From positions 4,543 to 68,542 of the forward strand of contig SXPB01000216.1 of the NCBI GenBank assembly GCA_005776475.1: 64,000 nt of DNA. Direction: 5' to 3'. This document shows, piece by piece, positions 19,541 through 28,701 of the stretch (positions within the stretch are counted from its first letter, which is position 1; each line of letters starts with the position of its first letter). Both the position numbers and the translations under genes were made by a program. The notes beneath the pieces were generated by a model. The model was not told the origin of the DNA and did no database searches. It saw only the letters and a list, made by a program, of their open reading frames with translations. This DNA comes from Planctomycetia bacterium. GTDB taxonomy: Bacteria > Planctomycetota > UBA1135 > UBA2386.

Positions 19541-20878
19541 TCAGCCGCCGTTGCCGCCGCCGGGCGGCGTGGTGCCGCCGGTCGCGGGCGCCGGCACCGG
19601 ATCGGCCGGTGGCGGCGTGCCTTCGGTGGCCGGCGGGGCGATGGCAGCGCGCAGTCGCGCAATGCGGGCCTTGCCGTCCTTCCAGTTCGGGTAGAAGCGC
19701 TCGGCGTCGCTGTAGTGCTCGAGCGCCTTCTGCAGGTCGCCGGCCGCTTCCGCAGCTTCGGCATCGATCCAGGCCTTCTGCGCGCCTTCGATGTCGATGC
19801 GCAGGTTCTCGATGCGCGCCTTCTCGTCGGCTTGACCCGCGGGCCAGTCCTTGGCCAAGGCCTCGAAGGCCGCCAGCGCTTCGCTCTTCTTGCCGAGCAC
19901 TTCGAGGTCGCGGGCGGCGCGATAGCGCGCTTCGCCTTCGAGCTTCTTGGTGACCTGCACCAGCTCGCCGATGTCGTTGCGCGCCATCACCGACAGCTCG
20001 AACGCTTGCGCCAGCTGTTCGCGCGCGAGGTCGAAGGCGCCGGTGCGCATGCTCTTCTGCGCCTTGTCCACCAGCACCGCGGCCTTGACTTCCTTATCCA
20101 TCTGGTCGATCGCCTCGCGCAGGCCGGGCAGCTTCGGATCCAGCTTCTCCGCCATCATGTATTCCTGCATCGCCGCACCGAACTGGCGGTCGCGTTCGCA
20201 TTCCTTGCCGCGGGCCATGGTCTTCTCGGCATTCGATCGCCGCGCCCGCGCTTCCAGCTCTCTCGCCTCGGCGCGATCCGGCGCGTTGAACAGCGCGTTG
20301 GCCGCGTGCCACTGCACTTCGTAGAACCGGAACTCGGGCAGCTTGCGCACCGCGTCGAGGAACTCCTCTTGCGAACGCGTGCTCATGCGCGCGGTCGCCA
20401 CCTTGACGGCGTCGAGGCCCTTCTGCGCCGCCTCGAGGTTGGCCACCACCTGCAAGGCCTGCATGTACATCTCCGTCGCCTGCGCGTAATCCTTGCGCAC
20501 GAAAGCGTCATCGCCGAAGCCGGCGATGCGGTTGGCCTTCTTCAGCCGCGCCCGCGCCACCAGCGATTCGAGCTCGGGGTAGTCGGCCTGCAGCGAGCGC
20601 AACTCCTCGAGATCAACCAGCGCCACGTCCTCGCGTTCCTGGAAGATGTGCTGCTGGGCCCGCAGGCGCAGGCACTCCAACTGGGCCTTGCGATGGACGG
20701 ATGCGAGTTCGGCATCGACTTCGGCGCCGCCGGCGGCCTGGGTGCGGAATTCGCGGTCGATGACCACGAAGGCGTACTGGTGGTCGCCCAGATCGGTGTA
20801 GCGCTGGCTCTCCTGGATCGCCGTACGGGTGGCGCAACCGACCAAAAGCAGGGCAGGCAACAGGCGGAACATCGTCAT
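19541..20878 (-). CDS. TPR-like helical-repeat lipoprotein with Pro-rich tail
   Basis: Track ORF 19541..21460 trimmed to ATG 20878, giving MTMFRLLPALLLVGCATR (lipobox LVGC). Helical repeat body (YAQATEMYMQALQVVANLEAAQ, LQKALEHYSDAERFYPNWKDGKARIARL). The gene ends 32 nt upstream of the histidine kinase start. Confidence 0.65.
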   Translation of the reverse strand: MTMFRLLPALLLVGCATRTAIQESQRYTDLGDHQYAFVVIDREFRTQAAGGAEVDAELASVHRKAQLECLRLRAQQHIFQEREDVALVDLEELRSLQADYPELESLVARARLKKANRIAGFGDDAFVRKDYAQATEMYMQALQVVANLEAAQKGLDAVKVATARMSTRSQEEFLDAVRKLPEFRFYEVQWHAANALFNAPDRAEARELEARARRSNAEKTMARGKECERDRQFGAAMQEYMMAEKLDPKLPGLREAIDQMDKEVKAAVLVDKAQKSMRTGAFDLAREQLAQAFELSVMARNDIGELVQVTKKLEGEARYRAARDLEVLGKKSEALAAFEALAKDWPAGQADEKARIENLRIDIEGAQKAWIDAEAAEAAGDLQKALEHYSDAERFYPNWKDGKARIARLRAAIAPPATEGTPPPADPVPAPATGGTTPPGGGNGG

Positions 20879-20965
20879 GGCAGACACCCGGTGGCCAGGC
20901 GGCCAGGGAAAGGCGAAGATCGTCAGGGGCTTGAGACTGGCCGAACCGGCGTCATCTTCCCTTTC

Positions 20966-21577
20966 ATGACCGTGATGTCCACAGCTTCGCCGATCGCCTT
21001 TGGCCTGCAGGACTATGTGCGCACGATCGAGGGCGTGCTGGACCGGCACCCCTCGAACCGCCTGATCATCCGGGAGGTTTCGCTGGCGACGAAGACCCTG
21101 TGCGCCGACGACCGCTGGCTGGAAGAGCGCTTCCGCGTCGGCAATCCGGACTACTACACGCGCCATCTGCTGCATCGCGACCCGCAGAATCGCTTCGTGG
21201 TCCTGGCCCTGGTCTGGCAACCCGGCCAGATGACGCCAATCCACGACCACTCCTGTTGGGGCGTGATGGGCCTGATCCAGAACTCGCTCGAGGAGATCTG
21301 CTACGACCGGCTCGACGACGGCAAACGCACCGACTTCGCCGAACTCGAACAATCGCGCGGCACCGACGTCGGCCAGGGCGGGGTCGCCTACCTGCTGCCG
21401 CCGTACGAGGAGATCCATCGCATCGGCAACACCAGCAGCAAGCCGACGATCTCGCTGCACGTGTACGGGCGCGACCTCGACGAGGTGAACGTGTTCGACC
21501 AGGTCACCGGCAAGGTCTCGCCGATGCGCATCAAGTACTACTCACCGGAGTGCGGCAAGGCGCCGTTCGTGATCTGA
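20966..21577 (+). CDS. cysteine dioxygenase type I (cupin), Arg-type
   Basis: C-terminal 203 codons of track ORF 19715..21577, starting at ATG 20966. YYTRHLL (the Arg equivalent to the substrate-carboxylate Arg of CDO), FVVLALVWQPGQMTPIHDHSCWG (HxH iron ligands), EEIHRIGN (third His), ISLHVYG (catalytic Tyr). Confidence 0.85.
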   Translation: MTVMSTASPIAFGLQDYVRTIEGVLDRHPSNRLIIREVSLATKTLCADDRWLEERFRVGNPDYYTRHLLHRDPQNRFVVLALVWQPGQMTPIHDHSCWGVMGLIQNSLEEICYDRLDDGKRTDFAELEQSRGTDVGQGGVAYLLPPYEEIHRIGNTSSKPTISLHVYGRDLDEVNVFDQVTGKVSPMRIKYYSPECGKAPFVI

Positions 21578-21612
21578 CGTCGCGGCCGCGGTCGCTGTGC
21601 GACTGCGTCGAT

Positions 21613-22542
21613 TCACGCCTTGCTGATGAAGGCTTCGAGGTCGGCCTTCAGCTCGTCGAGCCCGTAGCTCGGCACCGTGATGCAGCGGTAGACGATGCGC
21701 TCGAGGTCTTCGGGCGTCTTCGGGTTGAGCACGTGCGGCGGGCTGTAGCTGTAGAAGTAGCTCAGCGACAACCGCTGCGTTTCGCCGCCCATCTGGCGAC
21801 CCGCGTATTCCCACGGCACTTCGTCGAACGGCAGCGTGCCGGTCAGGATCTCGTAGATCATCACGCCGATCGCCATCACGTCGGCCTTGCTGTCGGCGAG
21901 CAACAGCGGGTTGTAGTGCGGCGTGGTGGTGACCACCTTGTGCTCGCCGCCACGCAGCGCCGGGTCGAGCAACACGATCTTGCCGCTCGGCTTGACGATG
22001 ATGTTCTCCGGCTTGAGGTCGCCGTGGTACGGCAGCGTCTCCGACTGCTTCAAGGCAACCAGCGCCCGCACGATCGCGAGGAACCAGTTGAGGTGGATGC
22101 CTTCGAGGCTGCGGATCTTTTCGCGCAGCGTCTTGCCGCGCACGTACTCGAGCACGAGCACGGGGTTGCCGTCGACGACGAGCCGGTCCTGCACCGCGAC
22201 CAGGTTCTCGTGCTGGCAGGCGGCGAGCAGATCGCCTTCCGCCTTGAGCAGCGTGGCAACTTCGTGTTCGTCGAACAGGTCGATGCGCACACCCGCCGGC
22301 TCGAAGAACACGGCTTCCGCCGGCAGCTCGTCGGGGCTGATGCCCTCCGGCGTGCGCCGCGACGTGACTTCGAGCAAACGCGTGACCTGCCGGCCGCCGC
22401 CGGCTGGGGCGCCAACTTTGAGGGCAACTTTGTTGCCGGTCTGCTCGTGCTGGGCGAGGTAGACGGATGCAAATCCGCCACGCCCCAGGAAACGAGTGAT
22501 CCGGTAGCCCTGCACGACTGCTCCGACCGCGAGCTTCATCAT
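21613..22542 (-). CDS. Ser/Thr protein kinase, kinase domain only, non-RD type
   Basis: Track ORF. Gly loop LGRGGFASVY, catalytic Lys in KVALKV, catalytic loop YHGDLKPENIIV (HGD rather than HRD). The DFG position reads LLDPALRG. There is no extra sensor or TM domain. Confidence 0.8.
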   Translation of the reverse strand: MMKLAVGAVVQGYRITRFLGRGGFASVYLAQHEQTGNKVALKVGAPAGGGRQVTRLLEVTSRRTPEGISPDELPAEAVFFEPAGVRIDLFDEHEVATLLKAEGDLLAACQHENLVAVQDRLVVDGNPVLVLEYVRGKTLREKIRSLEGIHLNWFLAIVRALVALKQSETLPYHGDLKPENIIVKPSGKIVLLDPALRGGEHKVVTTTPHYNPLLLADSKADVMAIGVMIYEILTGTLPFDEVPWEYAGRQMGGETQRLSLSYFYSYSPPHVLNPKTPEDLERIVYRCITVPSYGLDELKADLEAFISKA

Positions 22543-22669
22543 CCGCTGTGTGTCCCGGTTGCTAGCGAGAGAGGTGGTTTCCCGCAGCCTTGTTTCGGTA
22601 TCCCCTTTGCCGGAGTTGAGTTAGGCCAGAGCCAGGGGCTGGCCGGGCGATGCCACGGGACCTTCCTTC

Positions 22670-23125
22670 TCACAGAATCCGGAACGTCTGCAGCGGGCTC
22701 GCGACCGGTCGGCCAAAGCAGTCGCCGACCACGTACCAGTGCCGGATCTCGCCCGGGGCAAGCCCGCTCGGCAAAGCCGCCTGCGGCCGGTATTCGGAGC
22801 TGTCGATGCCATCGACGCGCACCACTTCCTGGTAGTCGGCGTCGAGCAGGATCCAGGTGAACGGCGGGCAGGCATCGCCGAGGCGCCAGCGGAATACCGT
22901 TGGCATCGGCGTTTCCCCGGCAGGGGTGATCGCGCGGGGTGGCATCAAGTACGCTGCCAGATGAGCCGATGAAGCGGCAACATCCGTTGGCATCGAGCCG
23001 ACGGGATCGAGCGCAGCGATGCAGGCAATGCCAAGACATGCGAACCCGAGCGGACGCGGCCACCACGGTTGCGGGCGATTGGCTCTTGCCATCGACGCGA
23101 CGGCCTTCGCTTGCTCACTGGGCAT
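22670..23125 (-). CDS. hypothetical membrane-anchored protein
   Basis: Track ORF 22670..23413 trimmed. ATG 23125 (MPSEQAK...) or 23092 (MARANRPQPWWPRPLGFACLGIACIAAL, TM-like) are plausible starts. C-terminal part FRWRLGDACPPFTWILLDADYQEVVRVDGIDSSEYRP...RHWYVVGDCFGRPVASPLQTFRIL has normal composition. The start is uncertain. Confidence 0.4.
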   Translation of the reverse strand: MPSEQAKAVASMARANRPQPWWPRPLGFACLGIACIAALDPVGSMPTDVAASSAHLAAYLMPPRAITPAGETPMPTVFRWRLGDACPPFTWILLDADYQEVVRVDGIDSSEYRPQAALPSGLAPGEIRHWYVVGDCFGRPVASPLQTFRIL

Positions 23126-23235
23126 GCGCCAGGCGCGCGTGAGCAACTTGCCGTCCGGCCCGACTCGTCGCGGCACTGCCGCGCCGGCGTGCACGTAACG
23201 ATGCGCCGCCCACAAGGCCCACTTCGACATACCCC

Positions 23236-25065
23236 ATGATCGGAACGAACCCCCGTCGGCCACAGCGATTTCCTGCGGCACTCCTCTGCGTCGGACTGGT
23301 CTCTGGCATCGGCATCGTGTTCGCCGCGTGCGGCGGCGGTGGTGGTGGCGGCGGCGGCAGTGGCAATGCCGCCCCGTTCCTCGTGACCGCGGCCTTCGTC
23401 GGCGCTGGCCCAAGCCCTGCTGCCGGCGACACGCTGATCCTCACGTTCTCGGAAACGGTGACGCTCGCCTCGGGTGCCTTGCTCACCGACGCCGACGTGA
23501 CGTTGTCCGGCGGCGCCACGCTGGGAACGGTGGCGACGGCGCCGAGCTTGCTGAGTTCGAACACCGTGTCGGTGACGCTTGGCAGCGGCGTGGCGTTCGC
23601 GCCGGCCACGACCACGATCACGCTGCGCACGGCCGGCTCCGGCGGTGGCAACGACGTCGTGCGCGACGCCAGCAACCAACTCGGCGTCGCCGGCACCGCG
23701 GTCGTGATCGGCACCAGTGACGGCGCCGCCCCCGCGATCGGCAACCTCACCATCGCCGCGATCGACGACGCGTTGAACGGCACCGGCTCGGCCGGCGGCA
23801 CGCTGCAGATCCCCGCGAACGGGTTCACGCTCGACCTCGCCTACAGCGACAACAGCGCCATCGCGACCGCGCTGACGACGATCACGGCCAGTGTCGCGGT
23901 CAGCACCAGCAGTGGCTCGCAGCCGGCCGGCACCAACCTGCTGTCGTTCCTGACCACGGTGACGGCCACCAACACGGCAGCGAGCTACCAGGTGCCGTCG
24001 ACGGTGACGTTCCCGGCCGGGGCAGTGACGTTCTCGGCGATCGTCGCCGACGTGTCGGGCCTCGGCTCGGCGACCTCGACGTTCTCGGCGACGGTGCGCG
24101 CCTTCACCGCGACCTTGCAGCCGTTCGAGACGACCAACAACTCGTCGCAGGTGTGGTTCCTCGACTTCTCGCGCGACATCGAGTCGTTCACGACGAGTGC
24201 GATCGCTGGTGGCGTGTCGGTGGACATCACCACCGGCAGCAACGGCACCTCGGACTTCGAAGACATGCTGCGCGTGCTCGGCTTCACCACGGCCACGCCC
24301 ATTGCGAACGTGCAAGGCGGCCTCGACAGCAACCAGGTCGTGATCGCGCGCTGGAAGCAGGCGCTGGTCGACAACCTGGATGCGTTCTACGCCGGCGCCA
24401 ACATCGACTTCACGCTGACGCAACCGGGTGGCACCTTCGGCGGCAGCTCGAGCGTTCCCTACGCGAACCTCGGGTTCTCACGCGTCAGCGTCTGCGGCGC
24501 CTCCGACCTCGCCGGCGTGCTCGGCGTGGCGATCTTCGATCCGAACAACGCGACGCAGAACGACAACTCGGTGACCGACTTCGGCGGCACCCGGCTCGGC
24601 ATCTTCCTGCACACAATCGTCGATTCGGGCTTCGGGCCGCCGTCGTCGAGCCTGTTTCGCCAGACCTACGGCACCTTCGCGCCGTCGCTCACCGGCACGC
24701 CGATCGGCGACGATGCCGACGACGACGACCGACTCACCGGCGTCAACACCGACGCGCGCGCCGATGCGATCGACACCGCCCTCGCCGACTTCGCACGCTT
24801 CATCGCGGTCGTCACCGCGCACGAATGCGGCCACTCGATGGGTCTGGTGCAGAACGGCGCGATGCCGACCGGCCTCTACGGCAACGACAGCACGAACTTC
24901 CCGGGCTCTTCCGACGGGCACATCCGCAACACGGGCCTGTTCCCCGCCGGCGCCACCAACATCATGAGTCCGTCGCTGTCGTACACGACGGCGATCAACG
25001 CCGCGACCGCGTTCAACACCCTCAACCTGGCCTACCTGCGCGAGCAGGTCCTCTACGGCAACTGA
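23236..25065 (+). CDS. lipoprotein with C-terminal HExxH zinc-metalloprotease (metzincin-like) domain
   Basis: Track ORF. Lipobox IVFAAC followed by a Gly9 linker. Zinc site IAVVTAHECGHSMGLVQNG. Possible Met-turn ATNIMSPS. Confidence 0.7.
   Translation: MIGTNPRRPQRFPAALLCVGLVSGIGIVFAACGGGGGGGGGSGNAAPFLVTAAFVGAGPSPAAGDTLILTFSETVTLASGALLTDADVTLSGGATLGTVATAPSLLSSNTVSVTLGSGVAFAPATTTITLRTAGSGGGNDVVRDASNQLGVAGTAVVIGTSDGAAPAIGNLTIAAIDDALNGTGSAGGTLQIPANGFTLDLAYSDNSAIATALTTITASVAVSTSSGSQPAGTNLLSFLTTVTATNTAASYQVPSTVTFPAGAVTFSAIVADVSGLGSATSTFSATVRAFTATLQPFETTNNSSQVWFLDFSRDIESFTTSAIAGGVSVDITTGSNGTSDFEDMLRVLGFTTATPIANVQGGLDSNQVVIARWKQALVDNLDAFYAGANIDFTLTQPGGTFGGSSSVPYANLGFSRVSVCGASDLAGVLGVAIFDPNNATQNDNSVTDFGGTRLGIFLHTIVDSGFGPPSSSLFRQTYGTFAPSLTGTPIGDDADDDDRLTGVNTDARADAIDTALADFARFIAVVTAHECGHSMGLVQNGAMPTGLYGNDSTNFPGSSDGHIRNTGLFPAGATNIMSPSLSYTTAINAATAFNTLNLAYLREQVLYGN
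23332..23358 (+). repeat. (GGY)9 simple-sequence run encoding a Gly9 linker directly after the lipobox Cys
   Basis: ggc ggc ggt ggt ggt ggc ggc ggc ggc, read directly from the sequence after tgc at 23329-23331. Confidence 0.9.
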
Positions 25066-25066
25066 C

Positions 25067-26032
25067 ATGCGCACCTTCTCCTTCGTCGCGACCGCACTCG
25101 CCGCAACCGCATTCCTGCCTGGCCAGAACCTGCGCCAGGGCCTCGTCGACGCCCATGCCGTCGTGGTGGCGCGCCAGCTCGGCAAGACGCCGCATGACGA
25201 CGATCTCGTGCTGCACCGGCTGCAGGTGCTGCACGACGTGCGCGGCGCTGCCGGCAACGCCACGGTCACCGTGCTCGACTGGCCAAAGCTGGCCTTGCAC
25301 CAACGGCCGACGCCGCGGCAATCGCGCCTCTACTGCCTGCAGGACGCCTCAGCGACCGCAACGCGGCTCGGGCTGCCGGCGGCGAACGGTCCCTACTTCA
25401 AGATGGTCGGTTGGGCCGGCGCCAATCCGTTGGTCGGCGCCGAAATCGGAAACGACGCGCACGTTCGCTTCGCGGCGCTGCTCGCGGCGGCCGAAGCGGG
25501 CGCCGCGCCGGCGGACACGGCGGGTTCGCTGTGCGCACTGGCGCTAGGGCAGGAGTCGGCGCTGCGCGTCGAGGCGACGAAGTTCCTGACCGAACGTCCG
25601 GACCTGCGCAGCAAGCTCGGAGAACTGCAGTGGAGCCAGTTGCTGTCGCGCGCGAGCGGCGAGATGGAGGATGTGCCGCACAAGATCGCGCTGGCCGAAC
25701 TGTGCGCCGAGCAGAAGCTCGATGGCACGTTCGAAGCACTCGTGGTCGGGCTCGGACCGGTTGCCGATCCGGAGTATGCGCGCGCCGTCGGGCGCATCGG
25801 GCGCATGCTGCACGGCGAAGACGCCGCCAACCGGCTCGGCACGCGGCTGCACCAGGCCGGTGATCCGAAGGACCGCGCGGCCCTGCTGCTGGCGCTCGGC
25901 GCCACCAACACGACGACCGCACTCGACGCGTTGTTGCGCATGGACAAGAAGGACGCCGCCGTCGCCGCCGCGCTGCGCGAGCACCGTTCGCCGAAGGCGC
26001 AGGAAGCGGCTGGCTCGAAAGCTAAGAAGTAG
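25067..26032 (+). CDS. exported hypothetical protein with HEAT/armadillo-like C-terminal helices
   Basis: Track ORF. Its ATG lies 1 nt after the stop of the metalloprotease gene (tgacATG). Signal-like MRTFSFVATALAATAFLPGQ. C-terminal ...DPKDRAALLLALGATNTTTALDALLRM... resembles HEAT-type repeats. Confidence 0.6.
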   Translation: MRTFSFVATALAATAFLPGQNLRQGLVDAHAVVVARQLGKTPHDDDLVLHRLQVLHDVRGAAGNATVTVLDWPKLALHQRPTPRQSRLYCLQDASATATRLGLPAANGPYFKMVGWAGANPLVGAEIGNDAHVRFAALLAAAEAGAAPADTAGSLCALALGQESALRVEATKFLTERPDLRSKLGELQWSQLLSRASGEMEDVPHKIALAELCAEQKLDGTFEALVVGLGPVADPEYARAVGRIGRMLHGEDAANRLGTRLHQAGDPKDRAALLLALGATNTTTALDALLRMDKKDAAVAAALREHRSPKAQEAAGSKAKK

Positions 26033-26391
26033 TGCGTGCGGTGGCGCGGCTTCGAACCCACGCTCGCTTCCACTCTCGCCGCGTTCACGTGGGCACAGAG
26101 CTCGACCGTGATGCCATGCCTCGCCGTGCGCAATCGTCTGTCGGTGCACGATCAACAGAAGCTGCATTCCTGCGCACATCGGAACACCGATCCAAGGTAG
26201 AGCGGACGCCCGACTCGGATTCAGTTGCCGCCTCCGAAACCGATCAGTTCGTCAGGGACTCGCACGATGCTGGTTCCGGAGCTCTTGGAACACTTGGCTG
26301 AGTTCTTCACGATTCCTCCGCGAATTGCATGCTCAACTTCAACGACGCGGGAAGCGCTGAACAAGGACTCGCCCGACCATCGTTGAGACTC

Positions 26392-26661
26392 TCAACGCGT
26401 TCCATGACTGCGAAGCTCGGCTGGCGACGGCGGGCGAACTGACGCAAGGTGGCAGCGCTCACATGCACCGAGGGACACGTAGTTGGCGCGAGCCTGCGCC
26501 AGACTGAGCGAACCGTTGGGGCCGCCGCGAACAACGTTCGCATCGTGGTCGTCTTGACCATCGTCTTCCCAGAAGCACACCGGACAGGTGAGGAACGCAC
26601 CGCGCTCACGCAGTGTCCACCGGCGACAGCAGGGACAAGGAAACTCAGGCATGTGCTCCAT
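26392..26661 (-). CDS. cysteine-rich CPCC-domain protein
   Basis: Track ORF. FPCPCCRRWTLRERGAFLTCPVCFWEDDGQDDHDANVVRGGPNGSLSLAQARANY matches the CPCC...CPVCfWEDDg.q......GGPN..SL..A..N signature of the Cys_rich_CPCC family. The second ATG (26652) is preceded by GGAG. Confidence 0.75.
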   Translation of the reverse strand: MEHMPEFPCPCCRRWTLRERGAFLTCPVCFWEDDGQDDHDANVVRGGPNGSLSLAQARANYVSLGACERCHLASVRPPSPAELRSHGTR

Positions 26662-26731
26662 TCGAATCGGGCCAACGACCTAGCCACGCGACCGGCTTGC
26701 TCTAGAGCTGCGGAGGAAGAGCAATTGGTAC

Positions 26732-27556
26732 CTAGCGCAGGTACCACCGCCCGTCGATGCGCTGCAACTTCAGCGTCTTCGGCAACTCTTCGATCTCGCC
26801 AATCTCCCACGTCGCCGTGTTGCCATCATCGCTGAGCACCGGCGGCAACTTCGCGGCCTTGTCGAACGCATCGGCGATCACCTTGCCACGCTCCCCTTCG
26901 AATCGCGCGATCAGGCCTTCCAGAGCCGCGTCCTTTTCACGCAGCTTGTTCAACTCATCCGGCGCGCAATAGGTCTCGGCGAAGTCGCGAACCCGCCCGG
27001 CGCGCAGCATCGCCACCATTTCGGTCAACGCCGCTTCCGCCGCCAACTTGCCCACCTGCTTGCCATCGCGCGCGAACGCCTCGAACGACTGGTTGTCGTT
27101 GTCGCCGCCAACGAACAGAAGATCCGCTTGCTTTGCCTCGGCGCGCACGAACATCACGTTCCACGACTCCGCGTCGCCACACGGATCGCCGCCGCGTTCG
27201 CGAAACCACACGAGCGTCGAATTGCCAGACAACACTGTGAGCAGGAACACGTGCTTGGTCTCGCCCTTCTGCATGGTGCCGGCGAGCAGGATCGGAAACG
27301 CCTTCAGCTTCGTTGCGATTGCCGCGGGGATCTTCGCCAGCACGGTGGCGTCCTCGCGAAACTCGAGTTTCTTGGCGCTCGCCTTCCTGCCCAACCGCTC
27401 CGCCAGCGCCGGGTCGCTGCGCCAGACCCCTAGCAATCCGTTGGCGACGATGCACTGCGGTTCTGGCTTCACCTGCAGACCATTGCCACTGTCCTGGGCA
27501 ACGGCGAGGAACGGAAACAGGACCCCGACGAGCCCCCTGGCGACGTGCGTGCGCAT
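26732..27556 (-). CDS. exported hypothetical protein (274 aa)
   Basis: Track ORF 26732..27577 trimmed to ATG 27556 (MRTHVARGLVGVLFPFLAVAQ). Lys/Glu/Phe-rich normal composition. No motif recognised. Confidence 0.6.
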   Translation of the reverse strand: MRTHVARGLVGVLFPFLAVAQDSGNGLQVKPEPQCIVANGLLGVWRSDPALAERLGRKASAKKLEFREDATVLAKIPAAIATKLKAFPILLAGTMQKGETKHVFLLTVLSGNSTLVWFRERGGDPCGDAESWNVMFVRAEAKQADLLFVGGDNDNQSFEAFARDGKQVGKLAAEAALTEMVAMLRAGRVRDFAETYCAPDELNKLREKDAALEGLIARFEGERGKVIADAFDKAAKLPPVLSDDGNTATWEIGEIEELPKTLKLQRIDGRWYLR

Positions 27557-27600
27557 GCCCCTATCAGAGCGCAGCACGGCATCGGGTCAAGTTGGCGCCA

Positions 27601-28701
27601 TCAACGCTTGAGTTGCGCAATCACCTGCAGAGCCGCAACCCGTTCGAACAAATGCTCGCGCGGCTGCAATTCCGCGGCGACCTTCACCAACCGCGTCCCA
27701 TTGCCATGCCACCGCTTCTCCGCATGGTCATCGCGCGGATTCGCCAGAAACGCCGCCGCATCCCCGCGCAGCGTCCACTCGATCATCGGCACCGCCGACC
27801 GACCCGCATACAACTCCAGCCGCGGCGCCAGCGGACCATCGAGCGCGATCTCCAACTCAAAACCCCCGCGCAACAACCACCGCAACCGATCGCGTTCCGC
27901 GCGCGCCAACGACGCCCCCGAAGGGAAGATCACTCCACCACGATCGGCGACCGCCGCCACCGCCGTCACCGCGTGCCGCACTTTCGCATCGGGTTCCCGA
28001 TGCTGCCGCTGCATCGTCGTCAGCGAACGCACCAATGGATCGCACAACAGCACCAACCGTTCGCTTGGCGAATCGCCTTCGCGCTCCTTCGCCACCAGCA
28101 CCCGTTGCAGCGTCACCAACGGACCGAGCGCGATCGGCCGATACACGAGACCACCGTCGCCAAGACACACAAGCCGCACCCCCGCCCACGCCCCCGCGCG
28201 CGGTTGCTCGACGGCAGCGCGCCCGCGTTGCCACGGTTGCAGCGCGCGCTCGCCATCGACGACAACCACATCGCGAACGCGTTCGTCGCGCGCCTGCGCC
28301 AACGTGACCCGCACCCGCGTGCCGCAACCGAGCCAGAGCTCGACGCCGCTCGCGAACGGTCCCGCGATCTCACCGCTGCGCAGATGCAGATTGCCGTCGG
28401 GAGCGAGCAGCAGTTCGACGCCTGAGGGGAACGTCAGCTTCACCCCGACGGAGCGGCACTCGATCGACACGCCGCCCGGCGTGATGCAGCCGTCGTCACG
28501 GAAGCGAAGCTCGCCGCGTTCGACGGCGAGCCCACCGTCGCCGAGCCCGAATTGGCGTGCATCGATGCCACTGTCGGCGCCGTCGGCGAGCACCAGTTCG
28601 GCATGCTCGACCGGCAGCTTGGGCGGCGGCGTCGGAGCCTGGGCCATCGCGGCCATCGCGAGCCAGGCGGGCAAGAACAGGGCAGGCGTCGAAGTTCCCA
28701 T
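27601..28701 (-). CDS. exported hypothetical protein (366 aa)
   Basis: Track ORF 27601..28878 trimmed to ATG 28701 (MGTSTPALFLPAWLAMAAMAQA). No motif recognised. Confidence 0.55.
   Translation of the reverse strand: MGTSTPALFLPAWLAMAAMAQAPTPPPKLPVEHAELVLADGADSGIDARQFGLGDGGLAVERGELRFRDDGCITPGGVSIECRSVGVKLTFPSGVELLLAPDGNLHLRSGEIAGPFASGVELWLGCGTRVRVTLAQARDERVRDVVVVDGERALQPWQRGRAAVEQPRAGAWAGVRLVCLGDGGLVYRPIALGPLVTLQRVLVAKEREGDSPSERLVLLCDPLVRSLTTMQRQHREPDAKVRHAVTAVAAVADRGGVIFPSGASLARAERDRLRWLLRGGFELEIALDGPLAPRLELYAGRSAVPMIEWTLRGDAAAFLANPRDDHAEKRWHGNGTRLVKVAAELQPREHLFERVAALQVIAQLKR

Noticed and set aside
23126-23413. Longer versions of the 22670 gene, starting at 23413 or at ATG 23230 (MSKW...).
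   Set aside because: The upstream part is Arg/His-rich junk. A start at 23230 would leave only 5 bp before the divergent lipoprotein gene at 23236.
26040-26075. tRNA-like T-loop string on the minus strand (GGGTTCGAAGCC) just after the HEAT-like gene. This could be a tRNA or an att-site remnant next to the low-GC islet.
   Set aside because: The flanking bases do not form a T-stem (GTGGG versus CCGCG). There is no acceptor stem, CCA context or anticodon arm, so no cloverleaf can be drawn.
26381-26397. Perfect 17-bp palindrome CGTTGAGACTCTCAACG across the CPCC stop codon. Also GCTCTAGAGC (26699-26708) and TGGTACC-N7-GGTACCA (26726-26746).
   Set aside because: Inverted repeats with 7-8 bp arms are expected about once per spacer length by chance in 64 kb. 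There is no adjacent regulator to link them to. Noted only because all three sit in the low-GC islet.
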